DNA from: Vicinamibacterales bacterium
GTDB taxonomy: Bacteria > Acidobacteriota > Vicinamibacteria > Vicinamibacterales > UBA2999
Reading direction: 5' to 3'
NCBI GenBank assembly: GCA_038919385.1
Contig: JBCKZH010000002.1
Coordinates: forward strand, 6,868-70,867
Length of the DNA: 64,000 nt
Below are positions 10,124 through 19,373 of the stretch, one piece after another. Position 1 is the first letter of the stretch. Each line of letters opens with the position of its first letter. Position numbers and translations under genes: made by a program. The notes beneath the pieces are model-generated. The model worked only from the letters and a program-made list of their open reading frames with translations, had not been told where the DNA came from and did no database searches.

Positions 10124-10423
10124 CTACGCTGCGGTCCCCGCCCACGGCTTGATCCTTCGCAAGGCGCTGGCGAGCCCCTTCGCCGCCACCTCGCTGTCGT
10201 AGGCCGCCTGCGCTCGAAGCCAATAGCCGTTTGACAGACGGAAAAACCGGCAGAGCCTCAGATCGGTGTCGGCCGTAATCGCGCGCCTGCCCGATACAAT
10301 CTCGCCGATGCGCTGGGCGGGCACACCAATCTCCTTGGCCACACGGTACTGCGTGAGTTCCATCGGGATCAGGAACTCCTCGATCAGCAGCTCGCCTGGT
10401 GTCACGGGCTTCAGTGGTGCCAT
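10124..10423 (-). CDS. higA: HigA-type XRE-family antitoxin, with no adjacent HigB
   Basis: PGELLIEEFLIPMELTQYRVAKEIGVPAQRIGEIVSGRRAITADTDLRL; only 22 nt separate it from the upstream gene. Confidence 0.8.
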   Translation of the reverse strand: MAPLKPVTPGELLIEEFLIPMELTQYRVAKEIGVPAQRIGEIVSGRRAITADTDLRLCRFFRLSNGYWLRAQAAYDSEVAAKGLASALRRIKPWAGTAA

Positions 10424-10445
10424 GAGCGTTCTCCCCTAGCCTAGG

Positions 10446-10976
10446 CTAACCCTCGACGGCCACTCCGAGGCCATCGGCGATCCGATTTACGAACGCAAAG
10501 TAGCTGACAATCGCACACGCGTCGTGAATGGCGCGGTCCGTGTAGCCGGCGGCGCGCAGCGACGCAATGTGGCTCGCAGTCACGGCCCTCGGGGTCTTGG
10601 TCAGCACGTCGGCGTAGGTCAGCAGTGCCTGTTCGGCGGCGCTGAGGTGGGGCGAGACGACGTCGGATTGTAGGTGGTTGAGCAGTGCGTCCTGATCACC
10701 AGCGGCGATGCCGTCTTTCGTGAGAATGGCACGGAGTCCCGCCCCGTGATGGTGCAGTCAATAGTGGCACTGGTTCAGGGCGGACACCCGGACGCCGAGC
10801 AGCTCGCGCTCGCGGCGGGACAACGGTCCGGCGCGATGCATCAACTGCTTATACAGCTCGTAATGCTGTCGCATCACGGCGGGATGAACAGCGTGAATCT
10901 GGATGATGTTGTCGGGGTCCGCCACCCGATCCTCTGGCGCCAGCATCTCAGGCCGTAGGTACGGAATGAAGGCCAT
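10446..10976 (-). CDS. AhpD/carboxymuconolactone-decarboxylase-family peroxidase-related protein with an in-frame TGA (10758-10760) at the second position of the CxxC motif; Sec candidate or pseudogene
   Basis: Frame reads ...SALNQCHY-TGA-LHHHGAGLRAIL...YFAFVNRIADGLGVAVEG-TAG; 72 codons before and 103 codons after the TGA; TGATG coupling with the upstream peptidase gene. Confidence 0.7.
10730..10748 (-). promoter_or_regulatory. candidate bacterial SECIS-like stem-loop
   Basis: Minus-strand CACGGGG-CGGGA-CUCCGUG: 7-bp stem (one G-U pair), G-rich 5-nt loop, starting 9 nt after the UGA. Confidence 0.4.
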
Positions 10977-11569
10977 CAGTCTCTCCGCGCCGGCGCGCGC
11001 TGGCCGCGCCGCATCAACGCTTCCAGTCCTTCGGGCGATCGGGCCACGTGGCCGGTCAGGTTCTCTCGCCCTTGTGGCGTAATCAAAATCACATCCTCGG
11101 TGAAAACGGCGACCTGGAGGTCGTGGTTGTAATACCAGGGTTCGACGGTGATGACCATGCCGGGCGCCAGCGGCTCGTCATCGAGTGACGGGTCACCGGA
11201 CGACAGCCCAAGGTGGTGGCCGAAGAATAGTCCGGTTTGCATGTATGCGCGCGCCGCCTCGGGAACGGCGCTCAACCCAGCACGCTGCGCCTCCCGCAGG
11301 GTCACGCCCGGCCTCAGGGCAGCGATCAGGGCGTCGGACACCCCGACCTCCATCGTGAGAATGGCACGTTGCTCCGGCGTGAACCTGCCAGAGACCGGAA
11401 ATGTCCGGCCAGTGTCGCTGACGTAGCCGTCGAGTTCGCATCCCACGTCGAAGATCACCAGCTCGCCGTTCTTCATGTGCCGATTGCGGCGATCGTAGTG
11501 GGTCGCCAGAATGCGCCACGGCCACAGCGAGTTGGGACCCGACTTGATGATCGACGCAAACGCCCACCG
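10976..11569 (-). pseudogene. M24-family Xaa-Pro aminopeptidase, 5'-truncated (catalytic C-terminal domain only)
   Basis: Homology AFASIIKSGPNS...GELVIFDVGCELDGYVSDTGRTFPV...; an in-frame stop at 11570-11572 leaves no N-terminal domain. Confidence 0.75.
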
Positions 11570-11683
11570 TCAGATCCTAACCTGTCAGGCGTGGACATGG
11601 TGCGGCGCAGCCTCGAAGCCGACGACGAACCTTCACAGGCCGCCGTGGCGCTCTTGGTCGAGTCTGAAAAACGAGCAGCGTAA

Positions 11684-12619
11684 CTATCTATCCATGAGGG
11701 GAATCTGCTTCGGTGGCTGGATTTGTTCGATCACTTTACGAACGACACGACGGTTGCTGATTTGGCCGGATTCACTGATGAAGGATTCGACGAATAGCAT
11801 GACTTTCAAGAGATCGCCCTTGGCGAAGGATCGTTCTCGCCGCTGAACTTCACCGAAGAACTCTTCGTCCTCGATGTCAGCGTAGAAGTTTCTATCGCCA
11901 TCAGAAAACGTCCACGTCAGACGCTCGTCGAATGACGGCTTGACAATCTGGATGACAGTCTCAAACTCGCCACCGGTTACGCGAGTTTCCTGAGGCTCTG
12001 TGACACTAAAGGCTGGCAGCTCGGCCTTTGTTACCCGTTCAATCACCGCACCACCAATTGATTCCTTTGTTTCGAATGATTCGATTCCTTGCCGTTCCAC
12101 GGGGGCTACGATTTCCTTGGCCGCATTTCGAACAGCTTGATCGTTGTACAGCTTCGCCACTTCTGGCGAAACTTCGATGTATTCGACCTCGATCTTATGG
12201 GTCACGGTTAGGTCGATCACGACCTCGATCCGAACATTGCCATCTTGGAGAGTCGTTACAGACTTCGGCTTCCGCCCCTTGAGCCACTTGATAAGGCCAA
12301 GGACTGATACGCCAGCCCCGCTAGCGAAGCCAAGAAGCGCGAGCAGGTTGATGGCGGCAGTAACGTTGTCCGACAGCAGAAGGGTCTTGGCCTGCTGGAT
12401 GACCGTGTGGACCAACTCCAGGTCAATACCAAACGAACCAGGCTTGAAGCCAGTTCGAACATTGACTTGAACTGTCGCCTTGTTCCCGTTTAAGACCTTA
12501 TTCGCTCGGTCACAAAGCGTTCCGACTGCCATCAGGGCAGGCGCTAGATAGCGCACGTCCATCGTACCCTGTTCGAGCGCAGGTCCGTCGTATGCGATAG
12601 TCGCGTGGGCTTGGCTCAC
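11684..12619 (-). CDS. orphan 311-aa hypothetical protein on a low-GC islet, with one predicted central TM helix
   Basis: GTG start; visibly AT-richer codon usage than its neighbours; hydrophobic AAINLLALLGFASGAGVSVLGLIKWL; upstream TTGACC-17nt-TTTAAC. Confidence 0.6.
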   Translation of the reverse strand: MSQAHATIAYDGPALEQGTMDVRYLAPALMAVGTLCDRANKVLNGNKATVQVNVRTGFKPGSFGIDLELVHTVIQQAKTLLLSDNVTAAINLLALLGFASGAGVSVLGLIKWLKGRKPKSVTTLQDGNVRIEVVIDLTVTHKIEVEYIEVSPEVAKLYNDQAVRNAAKEIVAPVERQGIESFETKESIGGAVIERVTKAELPAFSVTEPQETRVTGGEFETVIQIVKPSFDERLTWTFSDGDRNFYADIEDEEFFGEVQRRERSFAKGDLLKVMLFVESFISESGQISNRRVVRKVIEQIQPPKQIPLMDR

Positions 12620-12746
12620 TGCGCTAGATTAGTACATTTACCAACGTCGAGCAACAAGGTTAAACGTATTCGTGACAGGTGGGTCAATTTTAACAGAAAT
12701 TCGAAGGAGCCCACTACCCGACCGTCGGCCAGGCCGACCGTCACCG

Positions 12747-13226
12747 CTAGGCGCCAAACTGTCGCAGGTGGTGATCGAGGTGCCGCCATTGCAGGGCCTG
12801 CCATTCCGCGGTCGAGAGAGGGCCGAAGAACGGATGGGGCTGCGTCGTAAGGCCCGTCGGGCCGACGGTACCGAAGCGCTGCACCAGCATTCGCAGCGCG
12901 GCCTTTTCCTGCTCGAAGTTGCGGGCGTCGGTGATTCGGAACTCCGGCGCGGTGGGCATGCTGTGCTTCCACGGGGCGGCCCTCAGCAGCCGCCGCTTCG
13001 CCATCCTGCCGAACAGGAAACCAATCAGACTGCGCTTGAGTGGCAGTTCACCGAGCGCGACTCGCAGCGGCTGCTGGCAGTGCGCGAGCATTTGTGCGAC
13101 CGACATCTTGCCCCACTGGCGCGGGGACTCTGGTTGCAGACGGTCCAGGCGCGCCAGCATGGCGTCGAGGCCCTGCGGATCGAACAGTGAGTCAGCCATG
13201 CCTGAAGGTTGACAGCCGCCAGCCAC
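12747..13226 (-). CDS. DinB-superfamily protein (DUF1569-like); the start may be the second Met at 13199
   Basis: WGKMSVAQMLAHC...HPFFGPLSTAEWQALQWRHLDHHLRQFG. Confidence 0.75.
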   Translation of the reverse strand: MAGGCQPSGMADSLFDPQGLDAMLARLDRLQPESPRQWGKMSVAQMLAHCQQPLRVALGELPLKRSLIGFLFGRMAKRRLLRAAPWKHSMPTAPEFRITDARNFEQEKAALRMLVQRFGTVGPTGLTTQPHPFFGPLSTAEWQALQWRHLDHHLRQFGA

Positions 13227-13252
13227 GCCGTCAACTCAATCGAGCCGCCGCG

Positions 13253-14503
13253 TCACCGGACGGTTCGGAAGAACGCGCGCACGTCGTCCACGAACAATTG
13301 CGGTTGCTCGAACGCGGCGAAATGGCCGCCGCGTGGCATCACCGTCCAGCGCGTGATGTTGTAGCGTGCTTCGAGCCACCGGCGCGGCGACCAGATGATC
13401 TCCTTCGGAAAGTCGGCGCACGCCGTCGGCACCTCGACACGGCGCGGGCCGCCGGTCACGGGTGCGGCGTGGCGGCTTTCGTAGTAGATGCGCGCCGATG
13501 ACGCCGCCGTCTGCGTCGCCCAGTACAGCGTGATGTTGGTCAGCAGCTCGTCCTTCGTGAAGATCGTCTCGGGGTTCCCGCCGCAGTCGCACCACGTCCG
13601 GAACTTCTCGACGATCCAGGCGGCCAGCCCGATCGGCGAATCGTTCAGCGCGATCCCGATCGTCTGCGGTTTCGTCCCCTGAATCTGCTGATAGCCGGTT
13701 TCCTCCGCCTGGAATGCCTGCCGCACCTTGAGGCGTTCCTTCTCGGCGTCGGACAGGCCGGCGTTCGGGTCGCCGCCGGCCGGCGCCGCGCCGGTGCACA
13801 TGTTGAGGTGCAGCCCCGCGACGTGCGACGCGTCGTTGAGTGCGATCTGCGTGCCGATGATCGCGCCCCAGTCGCCGCCTTGCACGCCGTAGCGCTGATA
13901 GCCGAGGCGCGCCATTAGCTTCGCCTTGATGGCGCCGATGCGGGCGGGGTCGTAGCCTGGTCCGCGCGGCTTCTCCGAGAACGCGAAACCGGGGATCGAT
14001 GGAATGACGACGTCGAAGGCGTCGTCGGAGCGGCCGCCGTGGGCCGCCGGATCGGTCAGCGGGCCGATGATCTTGGCGAATTCGACGAACGATCCGGGCC
14101 AGCCGTGCGTGATCAGCAGCGGCAACGCGTTGGGCTGCCGCGACCGCCGGTGGATGAAATGGATGGACAGACCGTCGATGGTGGTCGTGAACTGTTCGAA
14201 GCGGTTCAAGGCGCGCTCCTGCGCGCGCCAGTCGAATCGGTCGCGCCAGTACGTCACCAGCTGCTTGAGATACGCGACGTCGGTGCCGTAGGTCCAGGCG
14301 TCCGTCCCGCCGTCACCCGGCAGCGCGTCCGGAATTCGCGGGTTCTTGAGACGGGCCTTGAGGTCAGCCAGCACCGCGTCTGGCACGCGGATGGTGAACG
14401 GGCGGATCGCAGTGTCGGCGCCCGCCGTCGACTGCGCGCCGCCGACCGCCGGCACCGCGGCGAGGAGGCCGGCGAGGACAATCCTTCGCGCGTAGCTGGA
14501 CAT
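13253..14503 (-). CDS. epoxide hydrolase (EHN N-terminal domain + alpha/beta hydrolase), secreted
   Basis: Signal peptide; FTIRVPDAVLADLKARL...; HGWPGSFVEF. Confidence 0.85.
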   Translation of the reverse strand: MSSYARRIVLAGLLAAVPAVGGAQSTAGADTAIRPFTIRVPDAVLADLKARLKNPRIPDALPGDGGTDAWTYGTDVAYLKQLVTYWRDRFDWRAQERALNRFEQFTTTIDGLSIHFIHRRSRQPNALPLLITHGWPGSFVEFAKIIGPLTDPAAHGGRSDDAFDVVIPSIPGFAFSEKPRGPGYDPARIGAIKAKLMARLGYQRYGVQGGDWGAIIGTQIALNDASHVAGLHLNMCTGAAPAGGDPNAGLSDAEKERLKVRQAFQAEETGYQQIQGTKPQTIGIALNDSPIGLAAWIVEKFRTWCDCGGNPETIFTKDELLTNITLYWATQTAASSARIYYESRHAAPVTGGPRRVEVPTACADFPKEIIWSPRRWLEARYNITRWTVMPRGGHFAAFEQPQLFVDDVRAFFRTVR

Positions 14504-14512
14504 GGAACCGAT

Positions 14513-14941
14513 CTATATCAGCCAGGGCCGCAGTTCTTCCAGCAACATCTCAATCACATCGTCGTCGGTCAGCTGCACCAGCGGGTTGCTGCCCTTGATG
14601 GATCGATCCGACTGGATGATGCGGCTGCCACGCACGCGCGTGATGGTGACGAGGGGCTGGGGCGGGTCCGCCGTCGTGTCAAGCTCCATCTCGATGCTGT
14701 CGTCGCGCTGCCGCTCGGACTGCAGCCGCACGCCGCCGGCGGGCGTCATCACCTCGAAGTGCAGGCCCTCGGACTTGAGGATGTTCGCGAACATCTTGAA
14801 CACCGGGATCGCGGCGCCCTCGAGGAAGGTCTCGTAGGCCGTGGTCGCCTCGGCCACGCGGCCGCGGCGCTCGGCCTGATCCCGTCGCGCCTGCTCGATG
14901 GCGGTCTTCACACGTTTCCGGACAAGAGCCACATCAGCCAT
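14513..14941 (-). CDS. hypothetical protein
   Basis: 142-aa ORF with coding-like composition; no recognised motif. Confidence 0.5.
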   Translation of the reverse strand: MADVALVRKRVKTAIEQARRDQAERRGRVAEATTAYETFLEGAAIPVFKMFANILKSEGLHFEVMTPAGGVRLQSERQRDDSIEMELDTTADPPQPLVTITRVRGSRIIQSDRSIKGSNPLVQLTDDDVIEMLLEELRPWLI

Positions 14942-14961
14942 TAAGTGATCTTACTGCCTTC

Positions 14962-15051
14962 GGGGCTTGCGACCTGCGACCTGCGGCTTGCGGCTTGAAG
15001 GACAGGGCGCAAGCCCCAAGCCGCAGGCCGCAAGCCGCAAGTCGCAAGCCG
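14962..15051. repeat. inverted arrays of the CAAGCCG heptamer family (CGGCTTG-type units, loop, then CAAGCCG-type units)
   Basis: ggggcttgcgacctgcgacctgcggcttgcggcttg ... caagccccaagccgcaggccgcaagccgcaagtcgcaagccg; intergenic between two minus-strand genes. Confidence 0.85.
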
Positions 15052-15052
15052 A

Positions 15053-16240
15053 TCAGATGACCCGGTTGTCGCGAAGGGCGGCAATTTCGGTTGGCGAGTA
15101 GCCCAGCTCTGCCAGGACCGTGTCGGTGTGCTGCCCGAGTACGGGAGGCGCCGATCGCAGGCTGGCGGGTGTCTCCGAGAGCTTGATTGGCGCGCCGATC
15201 ACGCGGGTGGCGCCGATGGTCGGGTGCATCAACGTCTGCACCATCTCGCGCGCGGCCAACTGCGGGTCGTTCAGCATCTGGCCAATGTCGCGGACTTCGC
15301 CATTCGGCACGCCGGCGGCGTTCAGCCGCGCGATCCACTCCGCGTTGGTCGCCGTGCGGAAGACGCGGTCGATCGGCGGCCGCATCTCGTCGTAGTTCGC
15401 GATGCGATCCTTGTTGGTGGCGAAGCGCGGGTTGGCAGACAGCTCGGGCAGTCCTGCCGCCGGGCAGAAGCGCTTCCAGATCTCGTCGTTGCCCACGGCG
15501 ATCACGATCTCGCCATCCGCGGTCGTGAACGTTTCGTAGGGCGCGATGGTGGCGTGGCGGTTGCCCTTGCGCTGCGGCGTGGCTCCAGTGGCGAACCAGT
15601 TGGCCGCCTGGTAGGTGAGCAGTGCTGCCGTGGTGTCGAGCATGCCGATATCCACGCGCTGCCCGTGGCCCGACCGCTCGCGCGCCAGCAGGGCCGCGGT
15701 GATCCCTTGCGCGCAGTAGAGGCCCGACACCATGTCGGTGATCGCCACGCCCAGTCGATAGCCGGGGCGATCGGCATCGCCGGTGACGCTCATCAGCCCG
15801 CCTTCGGCCTGCATCACGGCGTCGTATCCGGCCTCATCGCGGCGCGGACCGGTTTGGCCGTAGCCGGAAATCGAGGCATAGACGAGCCGCGGGAATCGCG
15901 CGTGTACCGCCTCCCAGCCGAAGCCGGCGCGTTCGAGCGTGCCGGGACGGAAGTTCTCGACCAGCACATCGGCCTGCGCGATCAATTTTCCGAGCACCTC
16001 GACTCCCGCCGCCGGCTTGTAGTCGAGCGTGACGCTCTCTTTGTTGCGGTTGATGCTCAGGAAGTACGCGCTCTCGGCGCCCACAAACGGCGGGCCCCAA
16101 TGGCGCGTGTCGTCGCCTTTCCCGGGCTGTTCCACCTTGATGATGCGGGCGCCGAGGTCGCCGAGCACCATCGTGCAGTACGGCCCCGATAACACCCGGG
16201 TGAGATCCAGAACGGTAAAGCCGGCAAGTGGTCCGGGCAT
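15053..16240 (-). CDS. family III CoA-transferase (CaiB/BaiF type)
   Basis: LAGFTVLDLTRVLSGPYCTMVLGDLGARIIKVEQPGKGDDTRHWGPPF. Confidence 0.9.
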   Translation of the reverse strand: MPGPLAGFTVLDLTRVLSGPYCTMVLGDLGARIIKVEQPGKGDDTRHWGPPFVGAESAYFLSINRNKESVTLDYKPAAGVEVLGKLIAQADVLVENFRPGTLERAGFGWEAVHARFPRLVYASISGYGQTGPRRDEAGYDAVMQAEGGLMSVTGDADRPGYRLGVAITDMVSGLYCAQGITAALLARERSGHGQRVDIGMLDTTAALLTYQAANWFATGATPQRKGNRHATIAPYETFTTADGEIVIAVGNDEIWKRFCPAAGLPELSANPRFATNKDRIANYDEMRPPIDRVFRTATNAEWIARLNAAGVPNGEVRDIGQMLNDPQLAAREMVQTLMHPTIGATRVIGAPIKLSETPASLRSAPPVLGQHTDTVLAELGYSPTEIAALRDNRVI

Positions 16241-17305
16241 TCAGATCTCTCGAAGACGCTGTGAGATGCGCGCCAGGTCGCTCAGCAGCGCATAAGCGGT
16301 TTGCGTCAGGCCGCCGGAACGTTGGACGATACCGACCTGGCCGAGCAGGTCGGTGTTGAGATAGAGCGCGTTCTCGAGATCCTCGAGGTTGGCGAGCGGA
16401 TCGCCGCGGTCGAGCACCTCCGGCTCCACGCGCGCGCGAACCTTGCCGCCCTGCCGCGTGGCCGAGGCGACCAGCCTGATGCGCTTGTTGCGCGACATCG
16501 CATCGCGCACGTCGAGCCCGGTGACGTCGCGAATGCCCGTGCGCGCCACGTGGTGGGGCGTCATGGCGCTGCCCATCAGCACGTTCACCAGCGCCGCGGT
16601 CTTGGCGGCGGCATCCCAGCCATCGACATCGAGCGAGGGGTCGGCTTCGGCGATGCCGCGCGCCTGCATCGCGGCGACCGCGAGGTCGAACTCCTTGCCG
16701 CGTTCGAGTTCCGAGAGGATGAAGTTGCAGGTGCTGTTGATCACGCCGCGGAAGCCGTCAATCACGATGGCCGGCATGGTTTCGCGAACCAGGTTGAAGA
16801 CCGGCACCCCGTCCATCACCGCGCCTTCGAAGAAGAAGATGCGGTCCACCGACTCGGCGAGGGCCTCGAGCTCGTGATACGCGAATGCCGCCGGGCCCTT
16901 GTTGGCGGTAACGACGTGGGCCCGTCCCTCGAGCGCGGCGCGCACATGCGACACGGCCGGCTCGCCGCGATCGATGTCCAGCACCGTCGTCTCGATGCAC
17001 ACCAGCCGTCCGTCGCCCGCTTCATCAGCCATGGCATCGGCCACCTGGCGAATCACGTCGATGCCGCTGTGCTCGCGCGGCTCCGCGTCGAGGCGATCCA
17101 GCGACTGGCTCGCCTCGACGGTAGCCATGGCGCGCGCCACGTTGATGCCCGCGAGGTCGATCACCGACCCGTGATGCTTGGTCGAAATACCCACGACCTT
17201 CCAGGTGAAGTCGAGGCGGTCGGCGGTTTCATCGAGCAGGCGCACAAAGCGCCGCGCGACGTTGCCGAACCCAATCAGGACGAGCGCCAGTTCGGGCGGG
17301 TTCAT
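16241..17305 (-). CDS. homoserine dehydrogenase-family oxidoreductase
   Basis: N-terminal GFGNVARRF Rossmann motif; TANKGP; EGAVMDGVPVFN; DPSLDVDGWDAAAK. Confidence 0.8.
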   Translation of the reverse strand: MNPPELALVLIGFGNVARRFVRLLDETADRLDFTWKVVGISTKHHGSVIDLAGINVARAMATVEASQSLDRLDAEPREHSGIDVIRQVADAMADEAGDGRLVCIETTVLDIDRGEPAVSHVRAALEGRAHVVTANKGPAAFAYHELEALAESVDRIFFFEGAVMDGVPVFNLVRETMPAIVIDGFRGVINSTCNFILSELERGKEFDLAVAAMQARGIAEADPSLDVDGWDAAAKTAALVNVLMGSAMTPHHVARTGIRDVTGLDVRDAMSRNKRIRLVASATRQGGKVRARVEPEVLDRGDPLANLEDLENALYLNTDLLGQVGIVQRSGGLTQTAYALLSDLARISQRLREI

Positions 17306-18459
17306 GCGAGCGCCGGCGCGCGTGGCGTGGTGGCGCCGGTGGGCAGCGCGGCGAGCACCGCCCGCAGCCGGTCCAGGCCCGTGCGGGTGTACTCAGGTGG
17401 CTCGCCGAACCCCAGGCGAAGGTAGCCGTCCATGCCGAAGTGATCGCCAGGCACGATCAGCACGCTCTGCTCCTCGCGAACACGGTTCGCCAGCTCGGTG
17501 GAATTGATCGCGTGGCCGTAGCGGACGTAGACGATCGCGCCGGCCTCTGGCGTGATCCACTCGAAGCCGCCGGCGCCGCGCAGCCAGCCTTCAATGAGCG
17601 GCAGGTTGGTCCGCAGGATGGTTCGCGTGCGCTCGAGCAGCCGCGCGCGGCGCGCGGGCGTCAGTGCCACTCGCGCCAGGCGATCGCTGAGCGCGCCCGG
17701 GGCAATCGTGACGTAGTCGTGGTACGACCAGAAGGCCGCCACCAGCGGCGGGGGAGCGACGATCCAGCCGATGCGCAGGCCCGGCAGTCCGTAGGCCTTC
17801 GACAGGCCGCTGGTGACGATCGCCCGATCCGACCGGCCCCACATCGACGCGGTCTCGTGCCCGTCGATCTCGGCGCCGCGATAAACCTCGTCCGACAGGA
17901 TCCACGCGCCGTGCCGATCCGCGATGCGGGCGATGCCATCCAGGTCGCCGGCCGGGATCCGCGCGCCAGTGGGGTTGTTGGGGTTGCAGATGACGATCAT
18001 CCGCGTCTTCGCGCTGACCAGCGCGTCGAGGGCGGCCAGGTCAACCCGCCAGCGTCCCGCCGCGCGATCCTCGATCAAGCGCCAGTCGCGAATGGTCGCG
18101 CCAAACGCCCGCGCCAGGCCCCACGTCTGCATGTAGTTGGGCACCAGCATCACCACTTCGTCGCCGGGCTCGATCAACCGGAAGGTGGTGATGAAGTTGG
18201 CCTCCGATCCGCCGTTGGTGACCTCAACGTGGTCAAGGCCGGCGCCGGGGTAAAGGGCCGCGATGGCTGACCGCAGCTCGATGGTCCCGTTGGACTGGGA
18301 GTAGACGAGCGGCTGATCCAGCAGGCCGTCCAGGCCCCCGGCATCCTCGATCAGCTCCCGGGGAGTGAGCGGACGGACGCCACTTTCCGACAGGTTGAAC
18401 TCCACCTGGTTCTCGAAAGTCGATTGCATGCGTTCCATCGCGAATTGTTCGAGCTGCAT
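17302..18459 (-). CDS. class I/II PLP-dependent aminotransferase
   Basis: LSKAYGLPGLRIGW Lys motif; start chosen at MQLEQFAMERM; 4-nt overlap with the downstream gene. Confidence 0.85.
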   Translation of the reverse strand: MQLEQFAMERMQSTFENQVEFNLSESGVRPLTPRELIEDAGGLDGLLDQPLVYSQSNGTIELRSAIAALYPGAGLDHVEVTNGGSEANFITTFRLIEPGDEVVMLVPNYMQTWGLARAFGATIRDWRLIEDRAAGRWRVDLAALDALVSAKTRMIVICNPNNPTGARIPAGDLDGIARIADRHGAWILSDEVYRGAEIDGHETASMWGRSDRAIVTSGLSKAYGLPGLRIGWIVAPPPLVAAFWSYHDYVTIAPGALSDRLARVALTPARRARLLERTRTILRTNLPLIEGWLRGAGGFEWITPEAGAIVYVRYGHAINSTELANRVREEQSVLIVPGDHFGMDGYLRLGFGEPPEYTRTGLDRLRAVLAALPTGATTPRAPALA

Positions 18460-18493
18460 GCCCGGCAGTTTATACTTTCTCTCGACGTTACGG

Positions 18494-19294
18494 ATGCGCG
18501 ACGACCCAATCCCGCGCTTTGTTCGCGTCCCGGCAGGTGAATTTGCCATGGGTTCGGACGAGGGTGCCGCCGACGAACGCCCCTCACATCCGGTCCATGT
18601 GGACGCGTTCTACGCCTCGATCCATCCCGTCACGGTCGAACAGTACGCGGAGTTCGCGCGGGAATCGGGCTACGGCGTGCCGGCGATCCGCGACCTGCCG
18701 CTGGTGGTCACGCCCGCGCACGAGGCGGGGTTCCGTGACCTCGCCGCGCCGTACGTGTGGCGTGGCGGTGATCCGCCGCGCGAGCGCGCGCGGCACCCCG
18801 TCACGCTGATCACCCATTCCGACGCGACGGCATACTGCCGCTGGCTGAGCGGGCGCATTGGCCGCCTGGTGCGGCTGCCGACCGAAGCGGAGTGGGAACG
18901 CGCGGCGCGTGGCGGTCGCGACGGCGCCCGTTACCCGTGGGGCGACGATGTGGATGCGTCGCGCGCGAACTTCCTGCCCGATCCGGCGCTGAAGCGGCAT
19001 CGTGGCACGCGGCCGGTCGGCTGCTATTCGCCCAACGCCTTGCAGCTCTACGACATGGCGGGCAACGTGTGGCACTGGGTGGCGGACTGGTATCGCGCCG
19101 ACGCCTACCGCAACGGCGAGAACCGCAATCCTCGCGGCCCCAGCAGCGGCACGCTGCGCGTGGTGCGGGGTGGCTCGTGGGTCACGCACGATGTCGATCA
19201 ACTCCGCTGCGCTTATCGCCACAAGGTGCCGCCAGACACCTACGCCTACAGCATCGGCTTTCGTGTCGTCTATTCGGACGATGGGTCAAGCTAG
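18494..19294 (+). CDS. formylglycine-generating-enzyme (SUMF1/FGE) family protein
   Basis: FVRVPAGEFAMGS...ERPSHPV...GNVWHWVADWY...RVVRGGSW. Confidence 0.85.
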   Translation: MRDDPIPRFVRVPAGEFAMGSDEGAADERPSHPVHVDAFYASIHPVTVEQYAEFARESGYGVPAIRDLPLVVTPAHEAGFRDLAAPYVWRGGDPPRERARHPVTLITHSDATAYCRWLSGRIGRLVRLPTEAEWERAARGGRDGARYPWGDDVDASRANFLPDPALKRHRGTRPVGCYSPNALQLYDMAGNVWHWVADWYRADAYRNGENRNPRGPSSGTLRVVRGGSWVTHDVDQLRCAYRHKVPPDTYAYSIGFRVVYSDDGSS

Positions 19295-19298
19295 GGCT

Positions 19299-19338
19299 CG
19301 GGTGCTTGGGTGCTGGAGTGCTGAGGTGCTCGGGTGCT
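19299..19338. repeat. five tandem 8-bp units NNRGTGCT
   Basis: cgggtgct tgggtgct ggagtgct gaggtgct cgggtgct, directly after the FGE stop codon. Confidence 0.75.
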
Positions 19339-19373
19339 GATGAGTTCGACCGCGACTGCCTGGTTCGCGTCTA

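Noticed and set aside
14962-15051. CRISPR array (regularly spaced short repeats)
   Set aside because: The units are contiguous 7-mers without spacers, the arrays are 20-90 bp long, and no cas genes are present. They are microsatellite-like arrays, not CRISPR.
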